Below, one piece after another: positions 12,113 to 22,790 of a stretch of DNA of 64,000 nucleotides. The stretch lies in NCBI RefSeq assembly GCF_964213995.1, contig NW_027590205.1:310001-374000 (forward strand), in the 5' to 3' direction. Both the position numbers and the translations under genes were made by a program. The notes beneath the pieces are model-generated. The model made no database searches, had not been told where the DNA came from, and saw nothing but the letters and a program-made list of their open reading frames with translations. Source of the DNA: Mustelus asterias (Eukaryota). Position 1 is the stretch's first letter; the number at the start of each line of letters is the position of its first letter.

Positions 12113-13691
12113 TAATGGTACCCGCTCCTGCTGCAGTGAACACAAAAACACAGCGAGGGAGCTCCCTCTTCTGGTGATGTGAGGTAAACAGTCTCTGCCT
12201 TGGAAATCACTGCATTCTCAGACGACTGAAGGATCTTTTTGGAGGATTGTGCAATTGTATTTTTCTTACTCCTATGGGCCCCAGTTTTTTGAAACTTCTG
12301 CATTTTATTTTCTCTGTGGTCAATCCCATAGATCCCAATCTAGTCATAATTCGGAAATTTGTAATCGATTCTGTGTTTTTGTGAAATACGGCTGAAGGGG
12401 AAAATTATTAACCAATTTATAAGGTTTTTGATAGAATACATAAGACACTACAAACAAAGAGTTAAATGATTCTTGAAACAATGATAATAAGGTAATGAAA
12501 CAAATAGTTACATATATGTGGTTGCAATAAGAGAATTCAACAAGTAATTATGATTTTAAAGCATATATGCTGATATTTTAAATATCTTTTAAGGATTTAA
12601 TGAATTTTTGTTCATTTCAACCAGAAACAAATTGCTACAAAGTATGATGGTTCAAGCGAAGAGTTTCGAGCTAAAGGCCTGGGAATGTTATTCGTTAACA
12701 AAATTAATATCCAGAAGTTTCTGGCAAGGAAAAACAGCAAGGGAACACATTTTACAAATTTATGAATGGGGACATGCAATGTCTAGACATAGAATAGAAA
12801 CTTGCCGGGACGAAGGAACACATGCCTATCCAGTTTTGGCAATGAGCCGGTCGGAATGTTCACTTTGACCTCCAGTTGAGCGTCCTTTGTTACACTGCAA
12901 CAGGGAAGTGAGTTCAGCCAAGATGGGAGTCAGCATACAAATTAAATGGACGAATTAGATATTATTATGCAGGGATGAAAAATGCGATTAGCTGAGAAAC
13001 TTGTCAGGAATTACTATTGATGTATGTTTATTGAATTTAATTGATTTTAAACTAATATGAGGCGGCAATGATCGGTAAGAAAATCTATAATTGATCTGCT
13101 ATTGATTGTACACGTTAGATTCATTGAAAGGTTCTGCCGCTCTATTCCAGAGCTATTTATCCCTTTTGGTGATCTCCAAGCAGCTGCTTGTTTTGTTTTT
13201 GTTTTCAACAAATGGTACGTCCTTATACAGAGATATTTGCCTCGTGAGTTTTGTATTGTCTGGAATTAAAGACAGTATTGGTCATCTCAAATCATCCCAC
13301 AACACTTAGTAATAATTTGGAAATTTGCAAGCAATGATGTGTTCATGTGAAATATAACTCAGTCTCTTGGTTTCACCTCATGGTTTGCACCTCTGTTCTG
13401 TATATGATCTCTATATAGCTTGTGGTATGCGGGCCTCGAAGTATTTACTTGGATGATATATAGAGAAATTCACTCTGTTAACCCACGCTGCAGCGACATT
13501 GACAGTGTTTTTAACGGGCAGTGTAAATGAAACTATCTTCTCCCACACACTGTCCTGCATCGGCCTCCGATGAAGCGGAGTCTTTGCTGTTTAGAGTTAC
13601 CTGAAACTCGTCAGTGACAGACCAGTTTGTGAATGAAATCACCGAGGTTCTCCTCATTCTTCGCCCATTCTGTCTCTGGACTTTATCATAA

Positions 13692-15699
13692 AGTAAGAAG
13701 TTTAACAACACCAGGTTAAAGTCCAACAGGTTTATTTGGTAGCAAACGCCACACAAGCTTTCGGAGCTGCAAGCCCCTTCTTCAGGTGAGTGGGAATTCT
13801 GTTCACAAACAGAGCATATAAAGACACAAACTCAATTTACATGAATAAGGGTTGGAATGCGAATACTTACAACTAATCAAGTCTTTAAGAAACAAAACAA
13901 CACGAGTGGAGAGAGCATCAAGACAAGCTAAAAAGATATGTATTGTCTCCAGACAAGACAGCCAGTGAAACTCTGTGGGGGTTACAAATAGTGGGACATG
14001 AACCCAATATCCCGGTTGAGGCCGTCCTCGTGTGTGCGGAACTTGGCTATCAGTTTCTGCTCAGCGACTCTGCGCCATCGTGTGTCGCGAAGGCCGCCTT
14101 GGAGAACGCTTACTCGAATATCAGAGGCCGAATGCCCGTGACCGCTGAAGTGCTCCCCAACAGGAAGAGAACAGTCTTGCCTGGTGATTGTCGAGCGGTG
14201 TTCATTCATCCGTTGTCGCAGCGTCTGCATAGTTTCCCCAATGTACCATGCCTCGGGACATCCTTTCTTGCAGCGTATCAGGTAGACAACGTTGGCCGAG
14301 TTGCAAGAGTATGTACCGTGTACCTGGTGGATGGTGTTCTCACGTGAGATGATGGCATCTGTGTTGATGATCCGGCACGTCTTGCAGAGGTTGCTGTGGC
14401 AGGGTTGTGTGGTGTCATGGTCACTGTTCTCCTGAAGGCTGGGTAGTTTGCTGCGGACAATGATCTGTTTGAGGTTGTGCGGTTGTTTGAAGGCAAGAAG
14501 TGGGGGTGTGGGGATGGCCTTGGCGTGATGTTCGACTTCATCAATGACATGTTGAAGGCTCCGGAGGAGATGCCGTAGCTTCTCCGCTCCGGGGAAGTAC
14601 TGGACAACGAAGGGTACTCTGTCCACTGTGTCCCATGTTTGTCTTCTGAGGAGGTCGGTGCGGTTTTTCGCTGTGGCGTTTTGGAAAAACCGCACCGACC
14701 TCCTCAGAAGACAAACACGGGACACAGTGGACAGAGTACCCTTCGTTGTCCAGTACTTCCCCGGAGCGGAGAAGCTACGGCATCTCCTCCGGAGCCTTCA
14801 ACATGTCATTGATGAAGTCGAACATCTCGCCAAGGCCATCCCCACACCCCCACTTCTTGCCTTCAAACAACCGCACAACCTCAAACAGACCATTGTCCGC
14901 AGCAAACTACCCAGCCTTCAGGAGAACAGTGACCATGACACCACACAACCCTGCCACAGCAACCTCTGCAAGACGTGCCGGATCATCGACACAGATGCCA
15001 TCATCTCACGTGAGAACACCATCCACCAGGTACACGGTACATACCCTTGCAACTCGGCCAACGTTGTCTACCTGATACGCTGCAAGAAAGGATGTCCCGA
15101 GGCATGGTACATTGGGGAAACTATGCAGACGCTGCGACAACGGATGAATGAACACCGCTCGACAATCACCAGGCAAGACTGTTCTCTTCCTGTTGGGGAG
15201 CACTTCAGCGGTCACGGGCATTCGGCCTCTGATATTCGGGTAAGCGTTCTCCAAGGCGGCCTTCGCGACACACGACGGCGCAGAGTCGCTGAGCAGAAAC
15301 TGATAGCCAAGTTCCGCACACACGAGGACGGCCTCAACCGGGATATTGGGTTCATGTCCCACTATTTGTAACCCCCACAGAGTTTCATTGGCTGTCTTGT
15401 CTGCAGACAATACACATCTTTTTAGCCTGTCTTGATGCTCTCTCCACTCACATTGTTTTGTTTCTTAAAGACTTGATTAGTTGTAAGTATTCGCATTCCA
15501 ACCATTATTCATGTAAATTGAGTTTGTGTCTTTATATGCTCTGTTTGTGAACAGAATTCCCACTCACCTGAAGAAGGGGCTTGCAGCTCCGAAAGCTTGT
15601 GTGGCTTTTGCTACCAAATAAACCTGTTGGACTTTAACCTGGTGTTGTTAAACTTCTTACTGTGTTTACCCCAGTCCAACGCCGGCATCTCCACATCAT
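13692..15699. mobile_element. Penelope-like element: two 5'-truncated copies in inverted orientation (GIY-YIG endonuclease region plus 3' end)
   Basis: Mirror ORFs 13982-14725(-) and 14628-15371(+) contain VVYLIRC..WYIGET..RQRMNEH. Arms are 13692-14669 and 14684-15661; target duplication GACTTTATCATAA. Confidence 0.93.
15560..15604 (+). ncRNA. Minimal type-I hammerhead ribozyme motif in Penelope 3' region (mirror copy 13749-13793 on minus strand)
   Basis: CCACTCAC-CTGAAGA-a-GGGGC ttgca GCTCC-GAAA-GCTT-GTGTGG: CUGANGA/GAAA core, stem II, and a palindromic short helix III. Confidence 0.6.
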
Positions 15700-16389
15700 G
15701 ACTTTATCATAAATGCAGAGGTGAAGGTGTCTTTACACGGATGGGTCACTGGATGGCGCAGTGACTCTTTCACGAAAGGGCCTGGAGTTCAACCACATCC
15801 CACACATGACTGGGGAAACATGCCGTCTGGGAAAGGGGGGAAACCATATAATAGGGAAAATGGAGCGGAGTTGATGGGTTTTGGACAACGGAATTAAGCC
15901 AAGCCAGAGATGGTTAAATTTTTGTTCAATATTTATTTTAAAAATTCAGAGAATATTTTACAGCGAAGTTATTTTTTAAAGTTAGAAAAGTGAACATAAC
16001 GATCGAGCTTCACATTGAGAACAGAACACATGCACAGGGAATCCGTCAATATTTGTACATCTGTTACATACATCAGAAAGAGAAAAGAAGACCTTAATAG
16101 AAAGAGGAATTAACAAATGTGAATAAGGAATGAGAAAAGTTTCTTATTTATACATGATATTTAAACTATGGAGAAACTATTAACCACAATGACATTATAA
16201 GAAAAAATGTCTCGTATATTTCACACTGAATTCTGAAATAACGTCTATGATTGCCTCAGTTACAGAACCAGAATGGTAAACTGAGAGAGGTTTACTGATA
16301 GAGTCACCGAGAGCAGATATTGTATTTGTGCCATACAGAGATCTTGATTAGCAGCTGAGGGAAATCTGCAGCGTCCAAAATTCAACCCA

Positions 16390-16398
16390 TCATTTGAT
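16390..16398 (-). pseudogene. IGHM: IgM TM2 exon (IK*), proximal copy
   Basis: cttttacag|ATC AAA TGA, ~140 bp after TM1. Confidence 0.8.
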
Positions 16399-16537
16399 CT
16401 GTAAAAGAAGATACAATAGTGAAGCAGATGTTTGTGATGCGGGACATTAATGTTGGAGTTTTTAATCAGTGGAACATTGAGAGATTTTTCAAATCCATTC
16501 TGCCAGTTTGAAATGTGCGTGGATTCAATCATCTCAC

Positions 16538-16665
16538 CTTCACAAGAGTGACGGCAGTGCTGTAAAAAATGCTCAGGAAGAACAGGACGATGAATGTGGA
16601 AGCGGTTGTCCAGATGTTGCTGTTATCATCCTCATTGTCTTCAATCCAGATGCGGTCGGTGGAGT
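16538..16665 (-). pseudogene. IGHM: IgM transmembrane exon TM1 (proximal copy)
   Basis: ccctag|(D)[42 protein letters not shown]|gtgaga, containing the conserved antigen-receptor TM (CART) motif. Confidence 0.93.
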
Positions 16666-18681
16666 CTAGGGGACGGAGACCAGGAAATGAAATTAGATTA
16701 CCTTTATTTATCCAGGGAATCCTATTGTTAATTTTCTTTTCCCCGTTCTCCAACATAAGTTGTTAATTTATTCTCTTGTATAATTTTCAATGTATATCTA
16801 CTGTTAAGTTCAGGACACTCAGCAACCGATCTCCGTAACTATTTTCACACCTCACCTTTATTGACATTCCTTGGACAGTCCATGTCAGAATGCACTGAAG
16901 ATGTTTTCTTGAGTATCAGTTTATTTTTGGACAATTTGGCACTATCCCTTATTGAAGAATATTATGAATGATATCGGGGAACGCTCGCTGATCAATGACT
17001 GTTTTCACAGATGTTTACTGATCTCTAAACTGTGAATGCTGCTGTTTAACATCTGGGATATAATGTCCGATGTTTTCTTATTTATTGTGAAAATGTTTAG
17101 TAGATCATTAGCTTAATTCAGTTTCTCAACGTGTTTGTCGATGCATTGTACATTGAGATAGTTGTCGGTGGATATGTCCATTAAAATTCACGTTTAAATT
17201 TTACTTTAATCATTTGCCTGCCGTTTGTATTTAAGATTTTGCGTTTGTGCATGAGCATCTCGTGGTCTGCATTAATCTTTGGTCCTGAGTTAATATGTGT
17301 GCATGTGGGTTATTGAACATGTTTATTTGCCTGTGTTTGCTGATTTGTGTAGTTGTGTGTCTGCATCTGTGTGTATATTTTATTCTTCTGACATTGTGGA
17401 TATATGACCATTATTGTGTGAAGTCTATGTATATGTGAAGTCTATATATGAGTATGTGTATTTGTCCGTGTATTTGTGCAATTGTGTCGATGTGTCTGTG
17501 TTTGTGTGCGTGTGTGTGTGAGTCCGTGGTGTATGCCTATGTGTGTATATATAATTGTGACAGTTTTGTGCAGTATTGTCAGTATTTTTTAACTGTTGCT
17601 CCAAGTTTCACCGGCAATCATTAACTGAACATGATCCAGTCAATACGAATAATGGAGCATATTTTCAATGTTTTGCTGTATGAATTTAGTTTATGTGAGT
17701 GGCACGGTGATATCAGGAGAACGAATGAAATCATTCACTGATGCATCTCAGAAACATCAGGGACAGAACAGTGAAAACCGGGGAGGATTCAATCATTTGT
17801 TTAAATTTGTATTATGGGAAATCAATGTCAGGACATGATTAACAGGAACAAGAGTGTTGAAACATTTTTAAATTATATTGCATAAGTATATACGTATTAA
17901 ACTGATTAAGATATTGATACTTCAAAATCTGCAGCAAGTAAACCGGAGGCTAATTTGTACTGTTGACAACTGAATCCTAAGAGTAGAGAGCCGTTCCCTT
18001 CCAAACACGCTACTTGCGGAGAGGGAGGACATAGTTTCCCTCTCTCTACCCGGTGAAGCAATGTACCTGATGGTTCTAACCACTGAGGAGTTGGACGTAC
18101 AGTAGATTAAATAATGACATCCCTCCTCTTTTCATTGAGGAAGTGCTGGTACATGGGTTAGCTGCTGCTCCTCCCCTCTCTTTGTTGGGTGAGTAGGAAT
18201 CCGGTATGTTAACAATTTCTCCCTCTCTCTGATGAGTGGATTGTTGCTCCATGTTTCTGTGTGACCCTCACTTCAGTTCCCAGTGGGTGTAGTGCAGCAG
18301 CTTAAAGCTGGCATTAATGGTAAACGCATGGACAATGAAAGAAGCAGGAGCACCGAGAACTAAATGTTATGTTTTTTTTGTCAGAAATGTTGAAATTGTC
18401 GGATTTCTCCTCAGCGGCAGGAAAGTCAGTGAAGATATTTTGCAGAATCCTGCAATGAATGTTCTCTACTCTGCCTCTAACCCAGGGTGTATCTGAGCTG
18501 GGTGCACTGGTTCAACAAGACTTGAGTCCGAGACCTGAAAATAGCTGAGTCAAACCAAAGACATATAATGGAAGTAAAACTGAAAAACAATCAATTAAGC
18601 AATTGGGTATTTCATTTATCATTAGAGGAAAAATATTTTATCCTTTTTATTAAAGTTCTTAATGTAACCGAGTGATTCGCA

Positions 18682-19069
18682 TTGACATGAATTAACGGTG
18701 TCCATCAGTGCAAGGGAAATGTTCACAAAACTGGGTTTACCGCTGGGTTTGTCAACTGTTCTGTTGATGATCTTCAAGGGGATGGCTTCATGTCCCACCA
18801 CACATTAGTAAGAAGCGCGTCTGGACCATTCCTCTGCTGCAATGGTAACAGGCTGTACATGAAGAAGGAGCTATTGCCGTTCTCCGCGACCACCTCGGTG
18901 TTCCTGTAGTTCCTGGGATTCACCCGCTTGTCATTGACGGTCCACTTGACGAAGATCTCTCGGGGGGAGAAACCTCTCACTAAGCAGCTGATTGAGACGA
19001 TTCTCTGAGCGGAGACTTCTTCTGCCGAGGGCAGGAGGACAGAAACGGACGGTTCCCGTGTATTTGGAT
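18682..19069 (-). pseudogene. IGHM: IgM heavy chain Cmu4 exon plus secretory tailpiece, disabled
   Basis: [19 protein letters not shown]...[20 protein letters not shown]...YSLL[1-bp frameshift ~18844][56 protein letters not shown] at 18805-18807; internal TM donor G|GTAAA at 18741/18740; AATAAA at 18646-18651. Confidence 0.93.
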
Positions 19070-19558
19070 CTGCAGAAATGTCAATAAACTGGAGAATTCT
19101 GGAGACAACGAAACCTCTGGCAAGCTATTAGAAAAATGTGTTTCGCTTTCGATTTTAAATGTTTCTATTTTTGACTCCCAGCTTGGAGGAGAGGTGATCA
19201 CAATCGTTTTCTCAAATAACTCAGGGGGTTGGACTGGGAAGTTTCAGGAAGTTTACAGCACAGAATCAGGTTATTCGGCCCAACTGCTCTGCTTTTTTTG
19301 GTTTTCTGTTTTTTATGCTACGCACCAGGCTCCTCCCTCCTTATTCGATCCAAACACAGTAACATCGCCTTCAGTTCACTTTCCATTCATCAGCAGATCA
19401 AATTTCCCCGTAAAAATATCTACAGGCCCAGAGTGTTTAGTTAGTAAAGTTTCCACTCCGGGGAGACTATCAATGCACTGAATATTAAATATTGACCCGT
19501 ACGCTTACACTGGAAATAGACAAAGTGACGCATTTATTGCTTCAATCTCTCAGCACAC

Positions 19559-19867
19559 CTGATTCCTTGTGGATGGATTTTCTTAAAGGGTTCGGCAGAT
19601 CCTGATGGCTCACCACGCAGTCAAACATAGGCCCAATCAGCCAGGTTTGTGTGGAGATGTTTAAGTTGTTGACCACGCTATCAGGAACCTCTCCAGGCTT
19701 TTCTGCAATCTCCGATTTCAAATAATTCCTGTCTCGGATCCAGGACACGTTGACTCCATAAGGAGCATTAGAAATGATGCAGGTTAAGGTCACGGTCGCC
19801 TCCAGTAAGACCTGTTCTATTGGTGGTGGCTGTATCGTCACTGTGGTATCAGGGCACTGGGGAGGAT
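19559..19867 (-). pseudogene. IGHM: IgM heavy chain Cmu3 exon (frame intact)
   Basis: [30 protein letters not shown]...NISTQTWL...[19 protein letters not shown] matches shark Cmu3. 309 bp with AG/GT borders. Confidence 0.93.
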
Positions 19868-20374
19868 CTGTGAATGACAAATGAAAATCAACCCAAGTTC
19901 CCTCTTCAGAAGCAGGACAGCAGTGCTCAGCCTGAAGGGGAAAAGGTCGCCCTCGAGATATCAACTTCTAACTATCGCCTTGAAATTTCAATAGATGACG
20001 GCAAACCAGCTTGCTCTGTGAAATTATCCTCTTTATTAAAATATTTTAGCAGCGGTATCATTCTGATGAATTAGCATTGGAAACATAGAAAACTACAGCA
20101 CAAAACAGTCCCTTTGACCCCACAAGTTGTGCCGAATGCATTGCAGCATTACCAAAAAAATATACCATGCCCAAACTCAGGAACACAGAACTTGTCATTG
20201 ATTTATAAAGAGGATGAATGCACTTTCAACATTTTACCCCAACGCTGTGACCTGCGAAACAGTGCGACACCAACTGTCTCTCCAAATCTTACCAGCTGTC
20301 TCAGGAAAAAGCTGACATCAAGGCCGCCTCGCTCACTATGTTACTTCAAAACAGAAAAAAAAACACTCTTTCAA

Positions 20375-20672
20375 GGGGAGGCAGTGGTATTGTCAATGGA
20401 CTTGTAATCCAGAGACCGAGGACAAGACTCTGATTGCAGAGACACGGATTCGAATCTCACCACTGCAAATGGTGACATTTGAATTGAATAAAAATCTATC
20501 ATTAAAAGTAAAGTGATCATCATGAAGCCATTGTTGTAAAAGCCCACCTGCCTACGAATGCCCTTTAGAAAAGTAAATCTGCTGTCTTTATCTGGCCTGG
20601 CATGCATGTTTCTCCACATCCACAGCAACGTGGTTGACACTTAAGTGCCCTCAGGGATGGGAAATAAATGCA
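20375..20672 (+). mobile_element. Second tRNA-derived SINE family in the Cmu2-Cmu3 intron
   Basis: ggggaggcagtgg..taatccagag..tcgaatctcacc head; related copies at 38885-39220 and 55230-55540. Confidence 0.6.
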
Positions 20673-20856
20673 CATCTCACGAAGGAATAACACAAATTGC
20701 TGTTGTGATGAAATTCCGAATGGGGCACTGTCTTAATGCAGCAAAGCACATGACAGTAACTTAGAAGTTGTTCTATGCTTTGTACTAACTTTAATAGATC
20801 CCTAATTGCGATGAACATGGGAATGATATATTTTACCCTCGGTTTGAGTCTCTTAC

Positions 20857-21156
20857 CCAGAGGTCCGCTGATGTTCTGACTCTGGGTGAATCCTTGATGA
20901 GTGACCTGGCAGGTATCGACCGCTTTGCTGATCCATTCCCGAGCGGAGACTGTCAGCCTACTGCTGGCCGAAAATTTCCCGTTCACCTCATAGGCAGGAG
21001 AGGTGACAATTCCTGAATCCACAGGTTTCCCATTCTTCAGCCACTCCACTGACTTTGGCTGGAAATCGATGATTGAACAGACGATGGTTGCAAATTTGCT
21101 GCTTGTGATTTCTTCACTGGAACTCACGGTGAGGATAACGGTTGGGGGGATGTCAC
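20857..21156 (-). pseudogene. IGHM: IgM heavy chain Cmu2 exon
   Basis: [74 protein letters not shown]...[17 protein letters not shown] matches shark Cmu2. Donor is G|GTAAGA. The expected acceptor reads AC rather than AG; an in-frame alternative AG is at 21184-21185. Confidence 0.92.
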
Positions 21157-22071
21157 GTTCAACAGGCGCATGTTCAGACGTTACTTGAAGATTCAATTGA
21201 AAACAATTCAAATTAGTTTTTCTTAATTTTAGCACCATAGCTGCCGATTTGATCATTATATCCATGGTTTGGTTGAATTGGTAGGGAATGGCGAATGGAA
21301 TTCAACCGTCAAAAGTGCCACGCAATGCATTTGGGGAGGGCAAACAAAGCAAGGGAATAGTCAATGAAATGGAAGGTTGAGAGGGATTGAGGAAATGCAA
21401 GACCTTGGAGTGCACGTCCACAGGTCCTTGTAGATGGTAGGGCAGCTGGACAAGTTGATCAAGAAAGCATATCGGATTAGTTCCTCTCGACCAACGAGCC
21501 TGCACGTCAGTAGTGAGCAAAATAAAAATTGTTTAACTTTCGACAAAGCAGTTTTGACACCTCGAGTGGAAGCCGAAATTGTTTAAATAACTCACCTCAT
21601 CAGCATTTGTGGACTTTAAGCTCCAGCAAAATATCCGTCCAATATTGTTACCTCGACTGTTTGCAACTGGGGGCTTTTGTTTATAAAGTACACATGTTAC
21701 AGTCAATAATTTTAATCCAGCGTCTTCAACATGTGACAACTCTGAATCTGCCTTTGATATTTGATCACTTTTGAAAGGTGTGGTCTGTCACACAGTTAAC
21801 TGCTCTGGAAGATTTAAAGTACAGATTGATGACATTGTTCACCTGGGAGATCTGCGGGTTTGTATGAATGGGATAGGGGAATGATTGGACTTGATCTGAT
21901 AGCAATATGAGTAAAAATATGTCAAATTTCCCAATAGTGACAATCATTAACCTCAGTGAGGGAAAACACTCAGACGGGGCTGTATTGTCACGTTCACTAT
22001 GAGTAATTATTCTCTGATGTTTAACCCCATGTGTTGTCCTGACAATGAATCATTGATTTTCGACCTGTGTC

Positions 22072-22110
22072 AGATTTTTTATGAGGCCCGCGGGAGCCTC
22101 TTTTACTTTG
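22072..22110 (-). promoter_or_regulatory. Degenerate 23-bp-spacer recombination signal sequence of the V gene
   Basis: Directly after YYCALR: CAAAGTA + exactly 23 nt + AAAAAATCT (consensus CACAGTG-23-ACAAAAACC). The essential CAC is mutated. Confidence 0.75.
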
Positions 22111-22413
22111 GCTCTCAGTGCACAGTAATACTCGGCGCTGTCTGTCACCTTCAAATCTTTCATGGGCAAGTGAAAAGTGCTTTGTCTCAGGTTGAGATTC
22201 CCGCTGAAGTGTTCAAAACCTGGAGCCCTATCGGTAAATTATCGACTCTGAGCAGTTAATGAGGAGCTCGGTGTGTATACTGGCGATACCAAAACAGGTA
22301 ATGCTGTGTTGTTAAACTCGGTACTGAGTAACTGCAGGATATTGCTGAATCTTCACCCTCTGCTGCTTCAACTCCTGGTTCTGACTGAGACACTGAGTCA
22401 CCGTTACTCATGT
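22111..22413 (-). pseudogene. TCR alpha/delta-type V exon, pseudogene
   Basis: Acceptor tttacag. Reads (D)MSNGDSVSQSEPGVEAAEGEDSAISCSYSVPSLTTQHYLFWYRQYTHRAPH*LLRVDN[frameshift]TDRAPGFEHFSGNLNLRQSTFHLPMKDLKVTDSAEYYCALR. The GDSVSQ, YLFWYRQY and YYCALR motifs are TRAV/TRDV-like. TAA at 22256-22258; frameshift near 22237. Confidence 0.85.
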
Positions 22414-22541
22414 CTGTAAATAGACAACAGACGCGCAGTGGGTTAGAAGGAGTAACAACAATGGAATAATCCCCTCGAGATGGAAATGGGGAATGAATGT
22501 GGTGACTGGCGGATTTCACGCAGAAGTTCAAAACGACAGAC

Positions 22542-22587
22542 CTGTAATCAGGACAATAACCAGAGTGAGACAGAGTTTCACCCCCAT
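22542..22587 (-). pseudogene. Leader (signal peptide) exon of TCR alpha/delta-type V gene
   Basis: ATG at 22587 reads MGVKLCLTLVIVLIT-G. The exon is 46 bp with a phase-1 GT donor (ACAG|GTCTGT) and a short intron to the V exon. Confidence 0.85.
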
Positions 22588-22775
22588 GTTTCGAGTTTGA
22601 ACACCAGAAACAGAGAGACTGATCACTGTCTGCATCAGATCTTCAATTGGAGAAGTTGAAACAGTCAGGGGGATGTTATGAGATCGAAGGTGACTCCATC
22701 TCTCCGCCCATTTTTTCATCTTCAAACAGGCGCTTCCTTTAGAAGGGGATCGGGATCTTTCGTAAGGGATCAGAG

Positions 22776-22790
22776 AGCGCCCTCCCGTGG
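22776..22790 (-). promoter_or_regulatory. CTCF-binding motif in V promoter
   Basis: Minus strand CCACGGGAGGGCGCT closely matches the CTCF core CCASYAGRKGGCRS, ~190 bp upstream of the leader ATG. Confidence 0.6.

Larger units (their letters stand above)
13508..15826 (-). pseudogene. Possible highly decayed V-like exon (copy B), split by the Penelope insertion
   Basis: Acceptor ttcccccctttcccag. Fragments PGPFVKESLRHPVTHPCK...QRQNGRRM...VTDEFQVTLNSKDSAS...EDSFIY-[fs]-C-PLK, followed by CACTGTC. About 300 bp once the insertion is removed. Confidence 0.33.

Noticed and set aside
18682-21156. IgNAR, IgW or UrIg identity for the constant exons
   Set aside because: The translations match shark Cmu2-4, the mu tailpiece and the mu TM; the V has an RSS and there are TM exons, unlike UrIg.
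21720-21830. CACAGTT-23-ACAGATTGA as a J-segment RSS between V and Cmu2
   Set aside because: The nonamer matches only 4/9 and the adjacent sequence has no FGxG/WGxG motif in any frame.
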